Shown one piece after another: positions 1 to 8,382 of a stretch of DNA of 64,000 bases; the first letter of the stretch is position 1; each line of letters opens with the position of its first letter. A model generated the notes under the pieces. The model did no database searches. It was given only the letters and a program-made list of their open reading frames with translations, and was not told the origin of the DNA. The stretch is from the NCBI RefSeq assembly GCF_030384885.1, contig NZ_CP128613.1; one strand, 5' to 3'. A program made the translations under genes and the position numbers. The stretch is from Escherichia coli. GTDB taxonomy: Bacteria; Pseudomonadota; Gammaproteobacteria; Enterobacterales; Enterobacteriaceae.

Positions 1-1
1 C

Positions 2-181
2 GGTCTGGGTGTTTCAATTTTGCCTGCTTCATTTAAACGTGTTCAGCTCAACGAAATGCGCTGGGTGCCGATTGCTGAAGAGGATGCGGTTTCTGAAATG
101 TGGTTGGTCTGGCCGAAACACCATGAACAAAGTCCGGCTGCGCGTAACTTTCGTATTCATCTGCTGAATGCTCTCAGGTGA
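2..181 (+). CDS. ynfL: 3' end of a LysR-family regulator (YnfL-like), truncated by the window edge
   Basis: Frame 2 is open from the window start to TGA at 179-181 (...WLVWPKHHEQSPAARNFRIHLLNALR*). It lies directly upstream of mlc, as in K-12. Confidence 0.6.
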   Translation, partial: GLGVSILPASFKRVQLNEMRWVPIAEEDAVSEMWLVWPKHHEQSPAARNFRIHLLNALR

Positions 182-210
182 GGGAAATTTCAGCGAAAAA
201 GCCCGAAAAA

Positions 211-226
211 TGTGCTGTTAATCACA
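211..226. promoter_or_regulatory. Putative CRP site upstream of mlc
   Basis: TGTGC-TGTTAA-TCACA matches TGTGA-N6-TCACA at 9/10 positions, about 95 nt upstream of the mlc start. Confidence 0.45.
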
Positions 227-281
227 TGCCTAAGTAAAAATTTGACGACACGTATTGAAGTGCTTCACCATAGCCTACAGA

Positions 282-302
282 TTATTTCGGAGCGCGAAAA
301 TA
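282..302. promoter_or_regulatory. Putative Mlc (NagC-family) operator for mlc autoregulation
   Basis: TTATTTCGGAGCGCGAAAATA has AT-rich inverted arms TTATTT/AAAATA around a GC-rich centre. It ends 14 nt before the mlc GTG. Confidence 0.5.
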
Positions 303-315
303 TAGGGAGTATGCG

Positions 316-1536
316 GTGGTTGCTGAAAACCAGCCTGGGCACATTGATCAAATAAAGCAGACCAACGCGGGCGCGGTTTATCGCCTGATTGATCAGCTTG
401 GTCCAGTCTCGCGTATCGATCTTTCCCGTCTGGCGCAACTGGCTCCTGCCAGTATCACCAAAATTGTCCGTGAGATGCTCGAAGCACACCTGGTGCAAGA
501 GCTGGAAATCAAAGAAGCGGGGAACCGTGGCCGTCCGGCGGTGGGGCTGGTGGTTGAAACTGAAGCCTGGCACTATCTTTCTCTGCGCATTAGTCGCGGG
601 GAGATTTTCCTTGCTTTGCGCGATCTGAGCAGCAAACTGGTGGTGGAGGAGTCGCAGGAACTGGCGTTAAAAGATGACTCGCCATTGTTGGATCGTATCA
701 TTTCCCATATCGATCAGTTTTTTATCCGCCATCAGAAAAAACTTGAGCGTCTGACTTCGATTGCCATTACCTTGCCGGGAATTATTGATACGGAAAATGG
801 TATTGTACATCGCATGCCGTTCTACGAGGATGTAAAAGAGATGCCGCTCGGCGAGGCGCTGGAGCAGCATACCGGCGTACCGGTTTATATTCAGCATGAT
901 ATCAGCGCATGGACGATGGCTGAGGCCTTGTTTGGTGCCTCACGCGGGGCGCGCGATGTGATTCAGGTGGTTATCGATCACAACGTGGGGGCGGGCGTCA
1001 TTACCGATGGTCATCTGCTACACGCAGGCAGCAGTAGCCTCGTGGAGATTGGTCACACGCAGGTCGACCCATATGGGAAACGCTGTTATTGCGGGAATCA
1101 CGGCTGCCTCGAAACCATCGCCAGTGTGGACAGTATTCTTGAGCTGGCACAGCTGCGTCTCAATCAATCCATGAGCTCGATGTTACATGGACAGCCGTTA
1201 ACCGTGGACTCATTGTGTCAGGCGGCATTGCGCGGCGATCTGCTGGCAAAAGACATCATTACCGGGGTAGGCGCGCATGTCGGGCGCATTCTTGCCATCA
1301 TGGTGAATTTATTTAACCCACAAAAAATACTGATTGGCTCACCGTTAAGTAAAGCGGCAGATATCCTCTTCCCGGTCATCTCGGACAGCATCCGTCAGCA
1401 GGCCCTTCCTGCGTATAGTCAGCACATTAGCGTTGAGAGTACTCAATTTTCTAACCAGGGTACGATGGCAGGGGCTGCGCTGGTAAAAGACGCGATGTAT
1501 AACGGTTCTTTGTTGATTCGTCTGTTGCAGGGTTAA
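316..1536 (+). CDS. mlc: ROK-family global sugar regulator Mlc (DgsA)
   Basis: The 406-aa ORF starts at GTG. The sequence MVAENQPGHIDQIKQTNAGAVYRLIDQ... is recognised as Mlc, and the ROK Zn motif CYCGNHGC is present. Confidence 0.95.
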   Translation: MVAENQPGHIDQIKQTNAGAVYRLIDQLGPVSRIDLSRLAQLAPASITKIVREMLEAHLVQELEIKEAGNRGRPAVGLVVETEAWHYLSLRISRGEIFLALRDLSSKLVVEESQELALKDDSPLLDRIISHIDQFFIRHQKKLERLTSIAITLPGIIDTENGIVHRMPFYEDVKEMPLGEALEQHTGVPVYIQHDISAWTMAEALFGASRGARDVIQVVIDHNVGAGVITDGHLLHAGSSSLVEIGHTQVDPYGKRCYCGNHGCLETIASVDSILELAQLRLNQSMSSMLHGQPLTVDSLCQAALRGDLLAKDIITGVGAHVGRILAIMVNLFNPQKILIGSPLSKAADILFPVISDSIRQQALPAYSQHISVESTQFSNQGTMAGAALVKDAMYNGSLLIRLLQG

Positions 1537-1660
1537 CATTTTTTAACTGTTCTACCAAAATTTGCGCTATCTCAATTTGGGCCAGGAAAGCATAACTTAG
1601 ACTTTCAAGGTTAATTATTTTCCTGGTTTATATTTGTGAAGCATAACGGTGGAGTTAGTG

Positions 1661-2356
1661 ATGCTGAAGCGTTTCTTTATTACCGGTACAGACACTTCTG
1701 TAGGGAAAACGGTGGTTTCCCGCGCATTGCTACAAGCGTTAGCCTCCCAGGGAAAAACGGTTGCGGGATATAAACCCGTAGCGAAGGGGAGCAAAGAGAC
1801 ACCCGAAGGGCTGCGTAATAAAGATGCCCTGGTGTTGCAGAGTGTTTCAACTATTGAACTGCCTTATGAAGCAGTTAATCCTATTGCCTTAAGCGAAGAA
1901 GAAAGTAGCGTGGCGCACAGTTGCCCAATCAATTACACCCTCATTTCAAACGGCCTGGCAAACCTGACCGATAAAGTCGATCATGTGGTGGTCGAAGGTA
2001 CTGGCGGTTGGCGCAGTCTGATGAATGATTTGCGTCCGCTCTCTGAATGGGTGGTGCAGGAACAACTGCCGGTGTTGATGGTTGTCGGTATTCAGGAAGG
2101 TTGCATTAACCATGCACTGCTAACAGCTCAGGCGATTGCCAACGACGGGCTGCCGCTCATTGGCTGGGTGGCTAACCGAATCAACCCAGGACTGGCGCAT
2201 TATGCGGAAATCATTGATGTGCTCGGTAAAAAACTTCCGGCACCGCTCATTGGTGAACTGCCTTATCTGCCGCGCGCCGAACAGCGTGAACTGGGGCAAT
2301 ACATTCGCCTATCCATGCTGCGCAGTGTGCTGGCGGTAGATAGAGTCACGGTGTAA
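1661..2356 (+). CDS. ynfK: Dethiobiotin synthetase paralogue (BioD2/YnfK)
   Basis: 231 aa from ATG 1661 ([18 protein letters not shown]-loop). The ORF-track start at 1649 is an upstream extension. Confidence 0.9.
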   Translation: MLKRFFITGTDTSVGKTVVSRALLQALASQGKTVAGYKPVAKGSKETPEGLRNKDALVLQSVSTIELPYEAVNPIALSEEESSVAHSCPINYTLISNGLANLTDKVDHVVVEGTGGWRSLMNDLRPLSEWVVQEQLPVLMVVGIQEGCINHALLTAQAIANDGLPLIGWVANRINPGLAHYAEIIDVLGKKLPAPLIGELPYLPRAEQRELGQYIRLSMLRSVLAVDRVTV

Positions 2357-3564
2357 CGTCCGCGAGATTACCGACGCAATTACGCAGGCAATCAATAAAC
2401 CGGGGAGTAGCTGATACTCCCCGGTCATTTCACATATCATCAACGTCGACATAATCGGCGCGTGCGTGGTTGCCGCCAACAGTGTCGCCATCCCGGTCAA
2501 TCCGAGTAAAAGCGTAATTTCTTCGCCATCAGGGAACCATAATCCCAGGCTACGACCATACAACATGCCAATGGCAAGACCGATAAATAGCGTCGGTGTA
2601 AAGACACCACCGGGTGCGCCGGAACCGCTACTCGCCAGCACGGCACACAGTTTACAAAGGAAGATCCCGGCAATGATCATTAACAGTGGTGGGGCGGTTA
2701 AAAAGGATTGTACGGTGCTATAGCCGTTGCCCCACACTGCAGGTGTGAACAGGGAAAGCATACCACGATCAACCCGCCTAGTGCCAGTTGCCAGGGCGGC
2801 GCAAGTTTGAGACTCACAAATCCACGATGACAGGCGTTCATTAACGTTAACAACAGTGGTCCGCACAGACCTGCCAGCACACCTGTACTGATAATCAGCG
2901 CATAGTCACGAGCCTGAACTGTCACTGAGAGTTGTACGCTGTAGAGTAACGCGTCGCTATGATTAATCAGATTGCTAACCAGCAATGCCACGACGGCGGA
3001 AATAATCACCGGGCCGAGAGAGGCCAACATCATAGTGCCAAACAGCACTTCGGCTATAAATAAACTGCCAGCAAGCGGGGCACGATAGGCCGCAGCCATT
3101 CCCGCCGCGGCCCCACAGGCGATCCATAATTTCCACTCCTGGCGTGGCGTAAAACGCTGAGCAAAACAGGAGGCGGCAAGGGCAGCTAAAAGAATCATCG
3201 CACCTTCGCGACCAATTGCGCTGCCGCTAGTTACTACCAGCAGAGAGGCAAGCGATTTAACCAGGCTTGCTGCGTAATCGAATTTACCATCGGTTTGCAA
3301 CGCTTCCATGTAATCGGTCGGCGCATGAGGGCGTTGCTGGGTAAATTTCTGCCAGCCCATCAGCAACAAACCCGCCGCCAGTCCGCCGAGCGCCGGAGTT
3401 AGCAGCCGTCGCCACGGAGAAAGATTCGTCGCTGCATTGACCAGACTGCCGGAGTCATTATTGAGGAACAGCCATTCCAGTAGCAGCATCGCGTGACGAA
3501 ACGCGGCAACGGCAAAGGCCGCAAGAATACCGACTATTGTTGCGATAAGCAGACGGCGAAACAT
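2309..3564 (-). pseudogene. clcB: Voltage-gated ClC-type chloride channel ClcB, disrupted by a 1-nt deletion
   Basis: Two overlapping minus-strand ORFs (2698..3624 and 2309..2866) in different frames together cover the ClcB sequence. The span 2309..3564 is 1256 nt, which is 1257 minus 1. The frame breaks at ...LALGGLIV|[12 protein letters not shown], in a G/C run near 2763-2765. Confidence 0.8.
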
Positions 3565-3757
3565 AGTGCGCAGATCCGGATAGCTGTGTAGATGGTGCAT
3601 GAGCAGAAATGGACAATGAAACACGAGCGACTATTTTGCGGCAAAACAGGTTATCGGCAAAAGCAGTGCGTGCTTAAAGCGATAAAATACGTGACGTTGT
3701 AACGTATTATTGCCGAATGACGCGTGATTGTCGCCATCCGGCAATATTGCGGCAACT

Positions 3758-4372
3758 TTATCGAAACAGTGGTTTAACCGCGACAGGAATCAACAGTTGT
3801 GATTGCCATTGCGCCAGCGTTAAGCGAGCCAGTTCACCCAGCGCACGGTAGAAAGGGTGTTCTGCTTTTTCGATAAAAACGTCGAGAAAACGTGTTGACC
3901 ACGGAAAAAGATGCCATGCCAGCAATTCTTCACATTCTGTCTGGCGACCATTCTCCGCCAACCACGCAGCCATCAACAGCAGTGAACCAAAATGATCTTC
4001 CGGTTCGTTTTGCTTCATTTCGAACTGAATGCCTTTCTCGCGCATCCATTGACGAAGTGCCAATGTTGAATCGCCAAACAGCACAGATTCGCGATCCAGC
4101 CAGACCGACCCCCACGGCGGAGACGGCAGTGCCCACGGGCCGACAAACAAACGCTGCCAGGCCTGGGCGCGAGTCTCTTCACTCTGTGCCTGAAAAGCCG
4201 TCACCAGCGGCGCTAATGACGCTTCTGGTAGAGGCCACTGAGTTTCCCAGCCGTCACTGGTGAGTACCGCAACCAGAGGTGCGGCTTCTGCACTCTCTGG
4301 AGCGTAATAAAACAGCGCGCCCAACACGCGCGCCGCGACAGAAAAATTATCTTGCTGTGAAAAATGGGTCAT
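3758..4372 (-). CDS. dmsD: Tat proofreading chaperone DmsD
   Basis: 204 aa from MTHFSQQDNFSVAARVLGALFYY..., recognised as DmsD. It is the last gene of the ynfEFGH-dmsD operon. Confidence 0.93.
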   Translation of the reverse strand: MTHFSQQDNFSVAARVLGALFYYAPESAEAAPLVAVLTSDGWETQWPLPEASLAPLVTAFQAQSEETRAQAWQRLFVGPWALPSPPWGSVWLDRESVLFGDSTLALRQWMREKGIQFEMKQNEPEDHFGSLLLMAAWLAENGRQTECEELLAWHLFPWSTRFLDVFIEKAEHPFYRALGELARLTLAQWQSQLLIPVAVKPLFR

Positions 4373-4414
4373 TCCTAACATCCTGAAATGTGCGGGTTGC
4401 CCCGCACCAATTTG

Positions 4415-5269
4415 TTAACCTGCAATAGCCATTCCTACCGTCATGTGCAGGCCATAAAAGAGCACACGCCCGATCATCTCACCGCCAAGTATGAGGATTA
4501 GCCCCAGAATAAGTCCGGCAACGTGAGGTTCACGGCGACGAATGAGCGGACAAAGCCAGCATCCTAGACCTGTGCATAACAATACCACACGCCAGACCTG
4601 TAAGGAGGCGTAATCTGGTACCAGTGCGCTGGCTTGTTGTACGGATGAGTGAATAGACGCCAGAGACAAACCTTGCAGCACAATCACCCCGGCACAAGCG
4701 ATCAGCGCCAGAACGCTAATGATGGCAAATGGTGTGGTATTAAATGTAACGCGGGCTGCCCGCAGAATTGCGGCAGCAAGTATTGGACCGCTCAATAAAA
4801 CTGTCAGGAAGAAAGCCAGCGTAGTGTAACCGTTATGCCAGGTTGGCACAGTGTCGATTTGATACACGCAGGTCATCATCCAGACGAAAATGACGCCGAG
4901 CGCCATGCTGACAAGTAACCAGAGTTTCCCCAGCGCTTGCGGCATTTTACCAATGACCGCCACCAGCCACCATAATCCGCCAACGGCAAAAAATATTGAA
5001 CCGGCAGCAATCTCGTTACTCAGGCCGGAAGCTCCGATTCGATTCAGCGAGTTAAACGCCCGCAGTGGCGATCCCAGGTGCATGACAGAGGCAATAAACC
5101 CGATGCCCATCAGCAGCCAGAGGAAAAACATGCCACGGACAATACGCTGACGGTCTGCGTCATTTTTGCTGGCGAACCAGCCGATTCCGCTAATAATCAG
5201 CGCGCCTACGACGCATTGGCCCAATACGGTAAAGATAACCAGTGGCCATTCGTGCCATCCATTTCCCAT
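4415..5269 (-). CDS. ynfH: DmsC-family membrane anchor subunit YnfH
   Basis: 284-aa polytopic hydrophobic protein directly downstream of ynfG. Confidence 0.92.
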   Translation of the reverse strand: MGNGWHEWPLVIFTVLGQCVVGALIISGIGWFASKNDADRQRIVRGMFFLWLLMGIGFIASVMHLGSPLRAFNSLNRIGASGLSNEIAAGSIFFAVGGLWWLVAVIGKMPQALGKLWLLVSMALGVIFVWMMTCVYQIDTVPTWHNGYTTLAFFLTVLLSGPILAAAILRAARVTFNTTPFAIISVLALIACAGVIVLQGLSLASIHSSVQQASALVPDYASLQVWRVVLLCTGLGCWLCPLIRRREPHVAGLILGLILILGGEMIGRVLFYGLHMTVGMAIAG

Positions 5270-5270
5270 T

Positions 5271-5888
5271 TTAAACTTCCTCCGGATTAGCCAGGTAACC
5301 AGTGGTATCGCCGGTCGGGCGGCTGTTGGCGTTAGGTTTGATTACGATATTAGGTTTTGTGAAATGCGCGCGCGGCAGTGGCGCGACGGCAGCCAGAGTA
5401 CCGTGTTTCTGGCGCAGCTCTTCAATTGGACCGAACTCAAGTGCACGCAGCGGGCAGGATTCGACACATATGGGTTGTTTCCCCTTGGCGACGCGCGAAT
5501 AACAACCATCGCACTTCGTCATGTGCCCTTTTTCAGCATTGTACTGTGGCGCGCCGTACGGACAAGCCATGTGGCAGTAGCGGCAGCCGATACAAACATC
5601 TTCATCAACCACCACAAAGCCATCTTCACGCTTATGCATTGCGCCGCTGGGGCAGACTTTTGTACATGCGGGGTCATCGCAATGGTTACAGGAGATGGAG
5701 AGATAATAAGCGAACACGTTCTGGTGCCAGACGCCATTATCTTCCTGCCAGTCGCCGCCAGCATATTCATAAACACGGCGGAAACTGACTTCCGGGCCAA
5801 GATCTTTAAAATCTTTGCACGCCAGTTCGCAGGTTTTACAGCCAGTACAGCGGCTGGAATCGATAAAAAATCCATATTGTGTGGTCAT
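5271..5888 (-). CDS. ynfG: DmsB-family 4x[4Fe-4S] electron-transfer subunit YnfG
   Basis: 205 aa with repeated CxxCxxCxxxCP ferredoxin motifs (CTGCKTCELAC, CNHCDDPACTKVCP, CIGCRYCHMACP). Confidence 0.93.
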   Translation of the reverse strand: MTTQYGFFIDSSRCTGCKTCELACKDFKDLGPEVSFRRVYEYAGGDWQEDNGVWHQNVFAYYLSISCNHCDDPACTKVCPSGAMHKREDGFVVVDEDVCIGCRYCHMACPYGAPQYNAEKGHMTKCDGCYSRVAKGKQPICVESCPLRALEFGPIEELRQKHGTLAAVAPLPRAHFTKPNIVIKPNANSRPTGDTTGYLANPEEV

Positions 5889-5898
5889 GGGCTACTCC

Positions 5899-8325
5899 TT
5901 AAACCTTTTCGATCTGGACGAGATTGCTGTGCGACGGGTTTCCCTTTGCCAGCGGTGAAGGGCGGTGAGAGGTCAGAATATTGATACTGCCGCCGTGATC
6001 GACCCGGTCACCAAACATATCCGCTTTAAGCCACGCACCTTGCCCGATGGCGGTAACGCCAGGCAGAATACGCGGAGTCACTTTTGCGGCAATCAGCATT
6101 TCTCCATTATTGTTAAATACCCGCACGGTATCGCCATGACGGATACCGCGTGCCTGAGCATCAATGGGGTTGATCCACACCTCTTGTGGGCAGGCCTGCT
6201 GTAACACATCAATATTGCCGTAGCTGGAGTGGGTACGCGCTTTGTAGTGGAAGCCCGTTAACTGCAGTGGATAGGTTTTGCGCAGGGGATCGTCCCAGCC
6301 ATCAAAACCTGGGGTATACGCAGGAAGGGGATGAATTATTTCATCTTTTTTCAATTCCCATGTGTCAGCAATCGTCGCCAGCCGTTCAGAATAAATTTCG
6401 ATTTTCCCCGAAGGTGTTTTCAACGGGTTTGCCTGTGGATCTTCACGGAATGCGCGGAAAGCGACGTAATGTTCTTCCGGGCATTTTTTCTTAAAGATCC
6501 CGGTCGTTTTCATCTCCTCGTAGTCCGGCATCTCAGGGTTACGTTCCTTCGTTTTCGCATGGAGATATTTGATCCATTCATGCTGGCTGCGACCTTCAGT
6601 AAAAGTTTGATAAACGTCTGGTCCTAAGCGTTTCGCGACTTCACTCAGAATCCAGTAGATGGGTTTGCGTTCAAATTTTGCCGAGGTGGCGGGTTGGGCG
6701 AGGATCACATAGCCCATATTCCCTGCAGATTCATGAGAGATAAGGTCTTCTTGCTCTGTTGGCATCAGGTCGGGCAACAGGATATCGCAATACTTAGCCG
6801 AGGCCGTCATGAAGTGGTCAATGCCAACAATCATCTCGCACTTGCTGTCATCCTGAAGCACCTCATGGGTGTGATTGATGTCGCCATGTTGATTGATCAA
6901 TGTGTTACTGGCGTAGCACCACAAAAACTTGATTGGCACATCCAGTTTCTCTTTTCCACGAATACCATCACGGGTCGCGGTCATTTCCGTACCGTGGTCG
7001 ATGGCATCTGTCCATGTAAAGACGGAAATCTGCGTTTTAACAGGATTATCAAGCATCGGGAACCATTCGACCCCCAGATCCCAGCTACCTTCGCGTACAC
7101 CTGAGTTGCCGCCGTTTATGCCGACGTTACCGGTGAGAACGGAAAGCATGGCAATAGCGCGGGACGTTTGCTCGCCGTTGGAGTGTCGTTGTGGCCCCCA
7201 ACCCTGACAAATATAAGCAGGTTTTGCTGAACCGATCTCTCGTGCCAACTGGATAATTTTTTCTGCCGGGATGCTGGTGATTTTTGCTGCCCATTCCGGC
7301 GTTTTAGCTATGCCGTCAGGCCCTTCGCCCAGAATATAGGCTTTATAATGCGCGTTACGTGGTGCGTTGGCGGGCAGCGTTTTTTCATCGTAACCAACAC
7401 AATATTTGTCGAGAAATGGCTGATCGACCATGTTTTCCGTAATCAGTACCCAGGCAATCGCACAGGCCAGTGCGCCATCGGTGCCAGGGCGAATGGGCAG
7501 CCATTCATCTTCACGCCCGGCAGCTGTGTCGTTATAACGTGGATCAATGACGATCATGCGTGCGTTTGAACGTTCGCGGGCTTGCTCGACGTAGTAAGTG
7601 ACACCACCGCCGCTCATCCGGGTTTCTGCCGGGTTATTTCCGAACATAACGACCAGCTTCGTATTGGCGATATCATCCGGGCTGTTGCCATCATTGGCAC
7701 CGAACATATAACTCATTGCGGCACTGATCTGTGCGGTACTGTAGCTGCCATAGCGACTGAGAAAACCACCACAAGAGTTCATCAGACGGTACGGGACGTT
7801 TGAGTTGGTGATGTTTCCGCCATCTACGCCTGTTCCATAGAGAACATGTACAGCCTCATTTCCGTAATCTTTTAGGATCCGCCGAAGATTATCACTGATG
7901 GTATCCAGGGCTTCGTCCCAACTTATCCGTTCAAATTTACCTTCACCGCGCTTGCCGACGCGCTTCATGGGATATTTCAGCCGATCAGGATGATTCATCC
8001 GTCGGCGGATAGAGCGCCCGCGTAAACAGGCCCGAACCTGATGATTACCGTAAACGTCGTCACCTGTCGTATCAGACTCCACCCAGTACACAGTGTCATC
8101 TTTCACATGCAAACGTAACAGACAGCGGCTCCCGCAGTTAACGGTGCAGGAACTCCAGACCGCTTTCTCTTCTACCGGAGCCTCTGCCGCTCGGACCATT
8201 TGGGAAAATGGCAGAGTGAAAGCACTGCTTGCCAGCGCGAGACTGCCAAGTGCGGAGGTTTTCATCAGACTTCTACGGCTGATTTCAGCCTTCATGAGCG
8301 CCTCTGTGGTATGGATTTTCATCAT
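5899..8325 (-). CDS. ynfF: Molybdopterin (DMSO-reductase family) catalytic subunit YnfF
   Basis: 808-aa ORF with twin-arginine signal SRRSLMKTSALGSLALA and N-terminal Cys cluster CTVNCGSRC. It is a paralogue of ynfE. The true start may be the second Met. Confidence 0.92.
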   Translation of the reverse strand: MMKIHTTEALMKAEISRRSLMKTSALGSLALASSAFTLPFSQMVRAAEAPVEEKAVWSSCTVNCGSRCLLRLHVKDDTVYWVESDTTGDDVYGNHQVRACLRGRSIRRRMNHPDRLKYPMKRVGKRGEGKFERISWDEALDTISDNLRRILKDYGNEAVHVLYGTGVDGGNITNSNVPYRLMNSCGGFLSRYGSYSTAQISAAMSYMFGANDGNSPDDIANTKLVVMFGNNPAETRMSGGGVTYYVEQARERSNARMIVIDPRYNDTAAGREDEWLPIRPGTDGALACAIAWVLITENMVDQPFLDKYCVGYDEKTLPANAPRNAHYKAYILGEGPDGIAKTPEWAAKITSIPAEKIIQLAREIGSAKPAYICQGWGPQRHSNGEQTSRAIAMLSVLTGNVGINGGNSGVREGSWDLGVEWFPMLDNPVKTQISVFTWTDAIDHGTEMTATRDGIRGKEKLDVPIKFLWCYASNTLINQHGDINHTHEVLQDDSKCEMIVGIDHFMTASAKYCDILLPDLMPTEQEDLISHESAGNMGYVILAQPATSAKFERKPIYWILSEVAKRLGPDVYQTFTEGRSQHEWIKYLHAKTKERNPEMPDYEEMKTTGIFKKKCPEEHYVAFRAFREDPQANPLKTPSGKIEIYSERLATIADTWELKKDEIIHPLPAYTPGFDGWDDPLRKTYPLQLTGFHYKARTHSSYGNIDVLQQACPQEVWINPIDAQARGIRHGDTVRVFNNNGEMLIAAKVTPRILPGVTAIGQGAWLKADMFGDRVDHGGSINILTSHRPSPLAKGNPSHSNLVQIEKV

Positions 8326-8382
8326 TACTCACTTATTGCTTTTCAAACAAAATGTCATGCCAGAATTTATGGTTGTAGTGGG

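Noticed and set aside
2698-2866. Reading the two overlapping clcB ORFs as two separate genes
   Set aside because: Their translations join seamlessly into the ClcB sequence once one nucleotide is restored. The second ORF has no independent start context.
5166-5984. 272-aa plus-strand ORF overlapping ynfH, ynfG and the 3' end of ynfF
   Set aside because: It is entirely antisense to three well-supported minus-strand genes and has no RBS or recognisable motifs. This is a typical shadow ORF of GC-balanced coding DNA.
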